DNA of 64,000 nt, from positions 7,877 through 71,876 of the forward strand of contig NZ_JBKEEV010000007.1 of assembly GCF_047777555.1 (NCBI RefSeq), read 5' to 3'. Each line of letters starts with the position of its first letter. Position 1 is the first letter of the stretch. The notes beneath the pieces were generated by a model. The model was not told the DNA's origin. It ran no database searches and saw nothing but the letters and a program-made list of their open reading frames with translations. The DNA comes from Clostridium sp. GTDB taxonomy: Bacteria > Bacillota > Clostridia > Clostridiales > Clostridiaceae. Shown here piece after piece: positions 10,439 through 21,988 of the stretch. A program made the position numbers and the translations under genes.

Positions 10439-10498
10439 CTATATTAAATTTAATAATATGAATGCAATGCAGGAAATACCAAAATTTTTCAATTTCAT
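10439..10498 (-). pseudogene. 19-codon 5' remnant of a methyl-accepting chemotaxis protein paralog
   Basis: MKLKNFGISCIAFILLNLI* aligns with [21 protein letters not shown] of the intact MCP (16981-18879). The flanking DNA aligns too: the same RBS region and the same glpK terminator. Confidence 0.75.
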
Positions 10499-10520
10499 GG
10501 TAATTTGTCCCCTTTATTTA

Positions 10521-10563
10521 ATAATACAAGATGAACTTCTATAGCAATTCATAGAAGTTCATC
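10521..10563 (-). terminator. Intrinsic terminator of glpK copy 1
   Basis: Perfect 13-bp stem gatgaacttctat / atagaagttcatc, followed by a T-rich tract on the minus strand. The same hairpin recurs after glpK copy 2. Confidence 0.75.
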
Positions 10564-10587
10564 CATAGTATAATATAGTTTAATCAG

Positions 10588-12090
<1,503 letters not shown>

Positions 12091-12168
12091 CTAAGTTAAA
12101 CCTTAAAATTAAATTATTATATTCATAAAATCATTTAAAACTTAACTTATATAATATTTAAAAATTAA

Positions 12169-12873
12169 TTAAAATACACCTACAAATAAGAATGCCCCAA
12201 TTAATCCACCTATTATTGGTCCTATTACTGGTATCCATGCATATCCCCAGTCTGAATCTCCTTTTCCTGCTATTGGAAGTATTGCGTGAGCTATACGTGG
12301 TCCTAAGTCTCTTGCTGGGTTTATAGCATATCCTGTAGGTCCACCTAATGCAAGACCGATAATTAATATTACTAATCCTACTGCTAATGTTCCAAGTCCA
12401 TCTGTCATCTTAACTTGGCCAAGTCCTAAAATACTAAATACTAATACGAAAGTTCCCACAATTTCTGTAATAAGATTTGCTGCTGAATTTCTAATAGCTG
12501 GTGCTGTTGCAAATACTCCAAGCTTTGCTGCCTTGTCTTCTGTAGCTTCCCAGTGTGGCAAATATGCGATCCATACTAATGCTGCTCCAACAATAGCACC
12601 TAACATTTGAGCTACTATATATCCTGGAACTAGTGCCCAATCAAAGTTTCCAATTGCAGCTAATGCTATTGTAAGTGCTGGATTAAAGTGTGCTCCACTT
12701 GCTGCTCCAAAAATCCATGCTGGAACTGCTACTGCACATGCCCATGCTACAGTTATTACTATCCATCCTGCATTCTGCGCTTTACTCTTGTTAAGAGTTG
12801 TGGCTGCACACACTCCATCTCCTAGTAGAATTAACATCATTGTGCCTAAGAATTCTGCTAAATAACTTGACAT
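12169..12873 (-). CDS. glpF: Glycerol uptake facilitator, MIP family (copy 1)
   Basis: 234 aa with two NPA boxes (HFNPALT, INPARD) and hydrophobic repeats. Confidence 0.95.
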   Translation of the reverse strand: MSSYLAEFLGTMMLILLGDGVCAATTLNKSKAQNAGWIVITVAWACAVAVPAWIFGAASGAHFNPALTIALAAIGNFDWALVPGYIVAQMLGAIVGAALVWIAYLPHWEATEDKAAKLGVFATAPAIRNSAANLITEIVGTFVLVFSILGLGQVKMTDGLGTLAVGLVILIIGLALGGPTGYAINPARDLGPRIAHAILPIAGKGDSDWGYAWIPVIGPIIGGLIGAFLFVGVF

Positions 12874-12943
12874 AATAATTCCCCCTTAATTTAAAAAATT
12901 TATATATCATTTCACATTTATATAAATATGAAATGAACATAAC

Positions 12944-13026
12944 GAAATCGTTTACGCAGGTTAAAAAGAGCATTATCAAGAAAGAGTTTATTTCTCTCTC
13001 CTAATAATGGCTCTCATCTCTCCGCC
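12944..13026 (-). promoter_or_regulatory. glpF1 leader: terminator hairpin plus conserved 5' motif (GlpP-type antitermination target) and a cre-like site
   Basis: Stem agagcattat 12967-12976 with ataatggctct 13004-13014, followed by a U-run on the minus strand. Motif ggctctcatctctccgcc lies at 13009-13026. gaaatcgtttac at ~12945-12956 resembles cre. Confidence 0.5.
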
Positions 13027-13030
13027 AAGA

Positions 13031-13411
13031 TTATTCATCTTTATCTACGCACTTTACACTCTTTGTTGCTATAACATCTACACCAGTTCCTACTACATTT
13101 TGTATAATTACATCTCCTATATTTATAGGTGCCTTTACCTTTATCCCTTTAAGAGCTTTCATACATTCATATATCTTCTCTTTAGGGATATCCTTCTTCG
13201 TTTTTACTGAAACTACACCTAATTCTCCGTTCTCTATTTCAACAGTTGAAGTAACTATTCTCGTAGGATTAGTACATTCTTTCTCAGCATAAGCAACACC
13301 CTTAACACAGCTATTGCCTTTAACCTCTATAACCTTTTTATCTTCTAGTGTAACTTCTAAAGCACACCCCATAGGGCATCCTATGCATGTAAGTTCTATA
13401 TTTTCCCTCAT
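13031..13411 (-). CDS. DUF1667 domain protein (copy 1)
   Basis: 126 aa with the CIGCPMGC motif. Third gene of the dehydrogenase triad. Confidence 0.8.
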   Translation of the reverse strand: MRENIELTCIGCPMGCALEVTLEDKKVIEVKGNSCVKGVAYAEKECTNPTRIVTSTVEIENGELGVVSVKTKKDIPKEKIYECMKALKGIKVKAPINIGDVIIQNVVGTGVDVIATKSVKCVDKDE

Positions 13412-13415
13412 AATA

Positions 13416-14675
13416 CTACACTCCTTCCACCTTTACTATGATTTTCTTACAGTCAGGATAATTTTCAAACATACTCTTTGTAAGCTTTAAGGTTTGCATT
13501 TCTCCAGGAGTTAGTATTTTCTTATTTATATGCATAGTTCTTTCCCCATCAAAATAAAGAGAAATATATTTGTCTTTATATACGTTATTTACTCTGAATC
13601 TTAGGTCAACAAACTTATCCACATTGTTTATATTAATATATTTTGGAACTGTATAAGTTATTCCATCTAGTGGTAAAACTTCTATTCCTTTTTCATCGAA
13701 AGATTTTCCTTTCACATATCTTGCTGCATTTTTACCAGCATTTATACTTTCCTCAGTAACATTGTCTACTAAATCATGAACGTGAAGCACATTTCCACAA
13801 GCAAAAATTCCATCTATATTTGTCTGGAGACTTTCATTAACTTCTGGTCCTCCTGTAACGCTGGACATTTCAACCTGCGCCTTCCTTGAAAGCTCATTTT
13901 CTGGAATTAAGCCTACTGATAGCAATAGAGTATCACAAGGAATATATTCTTCTGTCCCTTTTATAGGCTTTCTATTTTCATCAACCTTTGCAATAGTAAC
14001 CCCTTCAACTCTATTCTTTCCTTTTATTGATACAACTGTATGAGATAATTTTAAAGGAATATTATAATCATCTAGACATTGAACTATATTTCTCTTAAGT
14101 CCACTAGAATAAGGCATAAGTTCTACAACAGCCTTAACCTTTGCTCCCTCTAAAGTCATTCTTCTTGCCATTATAAGTCCTATATCACCAGAGCCTAAAA
14201 CAACTACTTCTTTTCCTGGCATATATCCATCTATATTTACAAATTTCTGAGCTGTTCCTGCACAATATATACCAGCACATCTATCCCCTGGAATACCTAT
14301 AGCTCCTCTTGGCCTTTCACGACATCCCATAGCTAAGATTATAGCCTTAGCCTTAATTTCTAAAATTCCGTCCTCTTCATTTACTGCTGTTATAACTTTG
14401 TCTTTATTAATATCTATTACCATAGTATTCAATTTATGCTCTATTTTTAAATCCCTTATCTTATCTATAAATCTTGCAGCATACTCTGGTCCTGTTAGCT
14501 CTTCTTTAAAAATATGAAGACCAAAGCCGTTATGAATACACTGATTTAAGATTCCTCCTAGTTTATTATCTCTTTCTAATATTAGTATATTGTCTATGCC
14601 TTCTTCTTTAGCTCCTACAGCTGCTGCAAGCCCTGCAGGTCCAGCGCCTATTATTACCACATCATATTCTTTCAT
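13416..14675 (-). CDS. FAD/NAD(P)-dependent pyridine nucleotide-disulfide oxidoreductase (copy 1)
   Basis: Two dinucleotide-binding motifs (VVIIGAGPAGLAAA, VVVLGSGDIGLIMA). ATG at 14675 is preferred because it follows a GGAGGA RBS. Confidence 0.85.
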   Translation of the reverse strand: MKEYDVVIIGAGPAGLAAAVGAKEEGIDNILILERDNKLGGILNQCIHNGFGLHIFKEELTGPEYAARFIDKIRDLKIEHKLNTMVIDINKDKVITAVNEEDGILEIKAKAIILAMGCRERPRGAIGIPGDRCAGIYCAGTAQKFVNIDGYMPGKEVVVLGSGDIGLIMARRMTLEGAKVKAVVELMPYSSGLKRNIVQCLDDYNIPLKLSHTVVSIKGKNRVEGVTIAKVDENRKPIKGTEEYIPCDTLLLSVGLIPENELSRKAQVEMSSVTGGPEVNESLQTNIDGIFACGNVLHVHDLVDNVTEESINAGKNAARYVKGKSFDEKGIEVLPLDGITYTVPKYININNVDKFVDLRFRVNNVYKDKYISLYFDGERTMHINKKILTPGEMQTLKLTKSMFENYPDCKKIIVKVEGV

Positions 14676-14704
14676 TTTTCTATCCTCCAAAAAATTAATA
14701 TGGT

Positions 14705-16138
14705 TTATATTTCTTTGTTTTTACCTACAAGAAGGTTAGACTTTCCTCCAAATAAGGTTACATCCTCTGGACTTAGGTTTAGTTCCTCTGCCAAAATATG
14801 AAGCACCTTATTTGAGCAGAATCCACTTTGACATCTTCCCATACCAGCCCTTGTTCTTCTCTTAACTGCATCTATGTTTCTTGCACCAAGAGGTCTTCTT
14901 ATAGCCTCTACTATTTCTGCTTCTGTAACTGTTTCACATCTGCACACTACTCTTCCATACCTTGGATTTTTCTTTATTGCTTCTATTCTTTCTTCTTCAG
15001 TCATATCCCTAAACTTTGGTATTCCTTTTCTTATTGGATTAAACTTTTCATTTTTGCTTGGATGTAACTTTTCAACAACAATGCCTGCTATCATCTCTGC
15101 AATGGCAGGTGAACTTGAGAGCCCTGGCGATTCAATTCCTGCTGCATTTATAAATCCTTCTACATCCTCTGCTTCTCCTATTATAAAGTCTCCAGTATTT
15201 CCCCTTGCTCTATTTCCTGCAAAAGACTTTATAAGGTATTTCATAGGGATATTTTTAAAGGTTATTTTAGCCTTATCTATAACGTCATCCAATCCTTCTC
15301 TTGTATTTGATAAATCTCTTTTATCTTCAATATCATCTGCATTTGGTCCTATTAACAAGTTTCCATCTACTGTTGGGGTTACTAATATTCCTTTTCCAAG
15401 CTTGGTTGGTAATTGGAACAATGTCATCTTTGCCATATTGCCAACCACTTTATCAAATAAGCAGTATTCCCCTCTTCTTGGCATTATCTTTATCTTATTT
15501 TTACTTACCATATTATTTATATCATCTGAGAACAATCCTGCTGCGTTTATTACAAGCTTACTCTCTATTTCTTCTTTAGAAGTTTTGATTACAAACTTAT
15601 CCTCTATCTTATTTATTCCTATAACTTCTGTGTCAAGTTTAAATTCCACTCCATTTGTAGCTGCGTTTTCTGCAAGAGCAATGGTCATCTCATATGGACA
15701 CACAATTCCTCCTGTAGGTGCATATAATGCAGCATATACATTATCATTTATGTTTGGTTCTAATTCTAATATTTTTTCTTTGTATATTATTTGAAGATCT
15801 GGAACTCCATTTTTTTCTCCTCTTTCTTTTAGCTCTAATAAATTAGGCATTTCCTCTTCATTAAAGCATAAAACTAAAGACCCATTTCTCTTAAATGGAA
15901 AGTCAAGTTCCTCTACCAATTTGTCAAACATAGCGTTGCCTTTCGCATTCAATATTCCCTTTAGAGTACCAGGTTTAGCATCATAACCAGCATGAACTAT
16001 GGCACTATTGGCTTTTGTGGTTCCAACAGCCACATCTGACCCCTTTTCCACTACACAAACTTTTAAATTATATTTAGCAAGTTCTCTAGCAGTAGAGCAG
16101 CCTACAACTCCTGCTCCAATTATAGTTACATCAAACAT
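14705..16138 (-). CDS. FAD-dependent glycerol-3-phosphate dehydrogenase/oxidase-like protein with a BFD-like [2Fe-2S] domain (copy 1)
   Basis: 477 aa. N-terminal FAD-binding motif (VTIIGAGVVG) and C-terminal CRCETVTEAE...GRCQSGFC. Confidence 0.85.
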   Translation of the reverse strand: MFDVTIIGAGVVGCSTARELAKYNLKVCVVEKGSDVAVGTTKANSAIVHAGYDAKPGTLKGILNAKGNAMFDKLVEELDFPFKRNGSLVLCFNEEEMPNLLELKERGEKNGVPDLQIIYKEKILELEPNINDNVYAALYAPTGGIVCPYEMTIALAENAATNGVEFKLDTEVIGINKIEDKFVIKTSKEEIESKLVINAAGLFSDDINNMVSKNKIKIMPRRGEYCLFDKVVGNMAKMTLFQLPTKLGKGILVTPTVDGNLLIGPNADDIEDKRDLSNTREGLDDVIDKAKITFKNIPMKYLIKSFAGNRARGNTGDFIIGEAEDVEGFINAAGIESPGLSSSPAIAEMIAGIVVEKLHPSKNEKFNPIRKGIPKFRDMTEEERIEAIKKNPRYGRVVCRCETVTEAEIVEAIRRPLGARNIDAVKRRTRAGMGRCQSGFCSNKVLHILAEELNLSPEDVTLFGGKSNLLVGKNKEI

Positions 16139-16218
16139 AGCATAACCTCCTTTTATAAATCTAGTTCCTCATCTTAGTGGATTTTTTCCACCTTAATTTT
16201 AGAACTGGTTATCTAAAG

Positions 16219-16291
16219 AAAAAAGCAAAAAGAGCCACAATTAATTAAGAGATTCTACTCTCCTAAAATTGTGGCTCTCATTAACTCCGCC
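16219..16291 (-). promoter_or_regulatory. Leader terminator/antiterminator of dehydrogenase operon copy 1
   Basis: 11-bp stem gagccacaatt 16232-16242 with aattgtggctc 16267-16277, followed by a U-run (plus-strand A-run 16219-16231). Conserved motif ggctctcattaactccgcc at 16273-16291. Confidence 0.55.
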
Positions 16292-16387
16292 TTTCAATAT
16301 ATAATGTATACATTTTCTATACAATAATATATATGAGAAGAAGCCCTATATTAGTACAGAATGTAAGAAATATACGCAGCATTTTTC

Positions 16388-16954
16388 TTACATGTACCAA
16401 ATTTCTTCCTTGCTGGTTGATATAGCAATGGCTCCTGCTTTTAGGCTGTTCATTACGTCCTCTTTGTCCATTATAAGTCCTCCAGTTATGATTGGAACAT
16501 TGGTTTTATTAGTAAATATCTTTGTAACCTTTGGCATTATTCCTGGCAATATCTCTACCGCATTAGGTCTTATAGATTCTATAGAATGTATTCCTGTATC
16601 CAAAGATAAGTGGTCTAGTACAAAAAATCTTTGTATAACAAATATATTAAGACTTTTTGATGCTCTTACTAAACTAGTCTTAGTTGTAATTATTCCATCT
16701 GGATTTATATTTTCATGTATGTATTTTAATGCTAAGGCATCCTTTGCAAGTCCTTCTATCAAGTCTACATGTATATATACTCCTTTTCCTGAAACCCTAA
16801 TTTTATCTACAATGGACTTTATATTAAATATATCTGATTTTAAAACGAAGATAATTTCACATGGAGATTCAATAGCCCTTTGTAACTGATGCTCATCCTT
16901 TATAGCTGCTATTATAGGATTTATCTGTAACCTACGATAAAACTGATTTCCCAC
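16388..16954 (-). CDS. glpP: Glycerol uptake operon antiterminator GlpP (copy 1)
   Basis: 188 aa, GlpP family pattern (INPIIAAIKD...PGIMPK...GGLI..KEDV). GTG start after a GGGGAG RBS. Confidence 0.8.
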   Translation of the reverse strand: MGNQFYRRLQINPIIAAIKDEHQLQRAIESPCEIIFVLKSDIFNIKSIVDKIRVSGKGVYIHVDLIEGLAKDALALKYIHENINPDGIITTKTSLVRASKSLNIFVIQRFFVLDHLSLDTGIHSIESIRPNAVEILPGIMPKVTKIFTNKTNVPIITGGLIMDKEDVMNSLKAGAIAISTSKEEIWYM

Positions 16955-16980
16955 AATACTCCCCGCCTAACTTATATAAA

Positions 16981-18879
16981 CTATAATATCTTTCTAATTA
17001 CATCATATTTCTCATCACTGCTCTCTATGAATTCATCAATAGGTGTTTTAAACATTTTTAGATCCTTAGTATTTATAAAAGCTTCCTTAACTTTATTTAT
17101 AAGTTCTGGCTGCATTCTTGGATTTACGGCTATTGCATCTTTCGGTATATCTTCTGTTTCTTTAATTATAACAATATCCTCAACCCTTAACCCATTAATC
17201 CTTGCATTATCTATTGCTTCACTATAAGTAGCTCCTGCATCTATCTCTCCTGATAAAACTGCTTTAATAACATTATCATGACTTCCCATAAAATAAACTT
17301 TATTGAAAATTTTTTCAGGATTTAGGTTGTTAGATTTTAACATATGTTTAGCATACAAGTATCCAGAAGCACTATTTTGATCTACATATCCAAAATTCTT
17401 GCCTTTTAAGTCTTTTAAATTTTTTATATTGCTGTCTTTTCTAGTGATTATATATCCTTTATAGTATGCCTTTCCATTTACTTTAGGAGTAGCTATTGGC
17501 AGTACTCCTGCCTTTTCATGGGCATTCACATAGGCAAATGGAGAAAACCATCCTAGATCAATTATATCTTCCTTTATACTGCTGCTTAAAGCATCGTAGT
17601 CCTTTACAATTATAATTCTAGGTTTATATCCTATACACTTAAATATATGTTCTAATATAGGTACGTACATATTCTTTATATTTTCTGGAGATGTAAATGG
17701 ATTAATACCGATAATTATTTCATCACTTCTTTTTAATTTCACTGATATTTTTTGAAGTTTTTCCGATATCTCTCTCAATTGATTAAACTGTAAAGCTATT
17801 TCCTCATTTTTCGTTTTTTGATAGTTTATGCTTTCAATAGATTCATAGGATAGTTTATGAGTATCTTCTATAGCTTTTGACATACCTTCAACTGCCGCTT
17901 CGATTTCCGTGGATGTATATAATACCTGAGAAGACATAGACTGTAAATTTTTTATAGAATTATTGATATGTTCTACAATGACTTTTATCTCATCAATGGC
18001 ATTAGTCGACTGGTTTACTATTTCTTCTACTTCATTTATCTTTTCATTACATTTTTCTATTGCTTTATTTGAGTATACTACCTTTTCAGATGTATCGTCA
18101 ACTATCTCTTCTATCTGTGAAATATGAACATGAGTCTGTTCTGAAAGCTTCTTTATTTCATTTGCCACAACTGCAAACCCTCGTCCTACTTCTCCTGCTC
18201 TTGCAGCTTCAATAGCTGCATTTAAAGATAATAGATTGGTCTGATTAGATATTTGTTTTATATAATCCACTACTTTATATATATTATTAGAAGATTCTAT
18301 GAATTCTTCATTGCTTTTAGAAGCATTGCTAACTTCTTTTGCAAGCTCTTCTAAAAAAACGCTTATACCTTCTATAGTATCTCTATTTTTTTCTAACATT
18401 TCTACAGACCTTAATGAATAGTTCCGTATATCTTCAACGCTCTTATTTAAATCTCTAGAAAATGATACAAATTCATTAATACTAGCATTTATTTCTTCTG
18501 CAGCTGCTGCATTTTGCTGGCTATAATTCTCTACCTTATGAGATATATCATAAGATTTGTTAAAAATAGAAGTATTTTTATCTGCAACCCATAATAATTG
18601 CTGTACATTGAAGCCAATAGCTTCTGATGCAGAAAGTAATTCCTCTTTTATCCCATCATCGACTCCAATATCTTTATTATATGGTATATTATTACAAATG
18701 GTAGCATTAAAATCTAAACTTTTACTAAAAAGTTTAATAGATATAGCAAATATAGCTATGTCCCCCAAAAGCGATATTATAAAATATAGAATATTGTGAA
18801 AAATACAAAAATATAAAATTAAATTTAACAATATAAAGCCGCCGCAAGAAATGCTAAATTTTTTTAATTTCATGCTCAT
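16981..18879 (-). CDS. Methyl-accepting chemotaxis protein with a C-terminal PhnD-like substrate-binding domain
   Basis: 632 aa. N-terminal TM segments, MCP signalling hairpin ([35 protein letters not shown]), and a C-terminal ~250 aa resembling phosphonate-type periplasmic binding proteins. Confidence 0.8.
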   Translation of the reverse strand: MSMKLKKFSISCGGFILLNLILYFCIFHNILYFIISLLGDIAIFAISIKLFSKSLDFNATICNNIPYNKDIGVDDGIKEELLSASEAIGFNVQQLLWVADKNTSIFNKSYDISHKVENYSQQNAAAAEEINASINEFVSFSRDLNKSVEDIRNYSLRSVEMLEKNRDTIEGISVFLEELAKEVSNASKSNEEFIESSNNIYKVVDYIKQISNQTNLLSLNAAIEAARAGEVGRGFAVVANEIKKLSEQTHVHISQIEEIVDDTSEKVVYSNKAIEKCNEKINEVEEIVNQSTNAIDEIKVIVEHINNSIKNLQSMSSQVLYTSTEIEAAVEGMSKAIEDTHKLSYESIESINYQKTKNEEIALQFNQLREISEKLQKISVKLKRSDEIIIGINPFTSPENIKNMYVPILEHIFKCIGYKPRIIIVKDYDALSSSIKEDIIDLGWFSPFAYVNAHEKAGVLPIATPKVNGKAYYKGYIITRKDSNIKNLKDLKGKNFGYVDQNSASGYLYAKHMLKSNNLNPEKIFNKVYFMGSHDNVIKAVLSGEIDAGATYSEAIDNARINGLRVEDIVIIKETEDIPKDAIAVNPRMQPELINKVKEAFINTKDLKMFKTPIDEFIESSDEKYDVIRKIL

Positions 18880-18919
18880 TTATCCCCTTTAAATATTTAT
18901 CCTTATTATAATAATATAA

Positions 18920-18953
18920 GATGAACTTCTATAAAAATTCATAGAAGTTCATC
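18920..18953 (-). terminator. Intrinsic terminator of glpK copy 2
   Basis: Same 13-bp stem as at 10530-10563 (gatgaacttctat / atagaagttcatc). Confidence 0.75.
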
Positions 18954-18975
18954 TATAATAGTATAATTTACTCAG

Positions 18976-20472
<1,497 letters not shown>

Positions 20473-20545
20473 TTAATATTCCCCCCATAACTTATATTTG
20501 TAAATGTTTACACCATCTATATAAAAACTTCATTAGATATTTATA

Positions 20546-21250
20546 TTAAAATACACCTACAAATAAGAATGCTCCAATTAATGCACCTATTATTGGTCCT
20601 ATTACTGGTATCCATGCATATCCCCAGTCTGAATCTCCTTTTCCTGCTATTGGAAGTATTGCATGAGCTATACGTGGTCCTAAATCTCTTGCTGGATTTA
20701 TAGCATATCCTGTAGGTCCACCTAATGCAAGACCAATAACTAATATTACCAATCCTACTGCTAATGTTCCAAGTCCATCTACCATTTTAACTTGACCAAG
20801 TCCTAAAATACTAAATACTAATACGAAAGTTCCCACAATTTCTGTAATAAGGTTTGCTGCTGAATTCCTAATAGCTGGTGCTGTTGCAAATATTCCAAGC
20901 TTTGTTGCCTTATCTTCTGTAGCTTCCCAGTGTGGTAAGTATGTTATCCATACTAATGCTGCTCCAACTATAGCACCTAACATTTGAGCTATTATATATC
21001 CTGGAACTAGTGCCCAATCAAAGTTTCCAATTGCAGCTAATGCTATTGTAAGTGCTGGGTTAAAGTGAGCTCCACTTGCTGCTCCAAAAATCCATGCTGG
21101 AACTGCTACTGCACATGCCCATGCTACAGTTATTACTATCCATCCTCCACCCTGCGCTTTACTTTTGTTAAGAGATGTTGCTGCACATACCCCATCTCCT
21201 AGTAGAATTAACATCATTGTGCCTAAGAATTCTGCTAAATAACTTGACAT
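20546..21250 (-). CDS. glpF: Glycerol uptake facilitator (copy 2)
   Basis: 234 aa with NPA boxes, nearly identical to copy 1. Confidence 0.95.
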   Translation of the reverse strand: MSSYLAEFLGTMMLILLGDGVCAATSLNKSKAQGGGWIVITVAWACAVAVPAWIFGAASGAHFNPALTIALAAIGNFDWALVPGYIIAQMLGAIVGAALVWITYLPHWEATEDKATKLGIFATAPAIRNSAANLITEIVGTFVLVFSILGLGQVKMVDGLGTLAVGLVILVIGLALGGPTGYAINPARDLGPRIAHAILPIAGKGDSDWGYAWIPVIGPIIGALIGAFLFVGVF

Positions 21251-21402
21251 AATAATTCCCCCTTAACTATAAATAAATTAATATATCTTAAGTTTATGTT
21301 GGAAACATAAACTTAAATTCATTACATGTCCTCAAGGCTTGTCCTTTTTTTAAAATCTCCCTTTCTTTTGTTTTTTTAAATTCTTGAATTATTTTTCTTT
21401 AG

Positions 21403-21497
21403 GAAACGTTTACTTATGGCTTAATTAAATTAATAAACGCCATTATTATGAAAGGGATTAAATCCCTTTCTAATAATGGCGCTCTCTTCTCTCTGCC
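21403..21497 (-). promoter_or_regulatory. glpF2 leader: long terminator hairpin plus conserved motif and a cre-like site
   Basis: Stem cgccattatta 21438-21448 with taataatggcg 21471-21481, enclosing the inner perfect stem gaaagggat/atccctttc. Motif ggcgctctcttctctctgccg at 21478-21497. gaaacgtttac at ~21404-21414. Confidence 0.5.
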
Positions 21498-21583
21498 GTT
21501 GATATTTATTTGTAATTTATATTACAGCACTTGTAATCTTTCGCTATTTTTTCTAATTTTTCTTTAATATTATTTTACACCAT

Positions 21584-21955
21584 TTAATTGACCTTTGCAA
21601 TACTTTTAGTAGCAATAACATTAACTTTTGTTCCAGCTACATTTTTTACTATTACATCTCCTATATTTATAGGAGCTTCTACTACTAATCCTTTAAGATC
21701 TTTTATGCATTCAGCAATTTTCTCCTTTGGAATGTCTGCCTCTGTCTTTACAGAAACTGCATCAATCTCTCCATTCTTAACCTTAACAGAAGAAGTTACT
21801 ATTCTTGTAGGATTAGTACATTCCTTCTCCGCATAAGTTTTTCCCTTTAAACAAGTATTTCCTTTTACATCTGTTACTTTATTATCTTCTAGAGATACTT
21901 CTAACATGCATCCCATTGGACATCCTATACAAGTAAGCTCTCTATTTTCACTCAT
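21584..21955 (-). CDS. DUF1667 domain protein (copy 2)
   Basis: CIGCPMGC motif. ATG at 21955 is preceded by a GGGGGG RBS. Confidence 0.8.
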   Translation of the reverse strand: MSENRELTCIGCPMGCMLEVSLEDNKVTDVKGNTCLKGKTYAEKECTNPTRIVTSSVKVKNGEIDAVSVKTEADIPKEKIAECIKDLKGLVVEAPINIGDVIVKNVAGTKVNVIATKSIAKVN

Positions 21956-21988
21956 GATATTACCCCCCAACGTGTAAATTCTAACTTC

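Larger units (their letters stand above)
1284..10455 (-). mobile_element. Integrated Tn554-like element: three tyrosine-recombinase genes, TnpC-position coiled-coil gene, topoisomerase III, ORF-free structured segment
   Basis: Right boundary: homology to the intact MCP gene 5' end (18820-18879) stops at ~10442/10443. Left boundary is tentative: the 10-nt direct repeat aaatttaata occurs at 1284-1293 and 10446-10455. Gene content is a TnpA-like, TnpB-like, TnpC-like series plus TopB. Confidence 0.55.

Noticed and set aside
12791-13210. ORFs 12791-12979 (minus) and 13007-13210 (plus) around the glpF1 leader
   Set aside because: They overlap the glpF start, the leader hairpin or the DUF1667 gene. 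There is no RBS, and the region is better explained as a regulatory leader.
14828-15794. Plus-strand ORFs, including a 306-aa one, opposite the G3P dehydrogenase-like gene. Similar ones lie at 23588-24748, 16392-16889 and 25068-25469.
   Set aside because: They are antisense shadows of well-supported minus-strand genes. Their translations are Ser/Leu/Phe-rich with no motifs.
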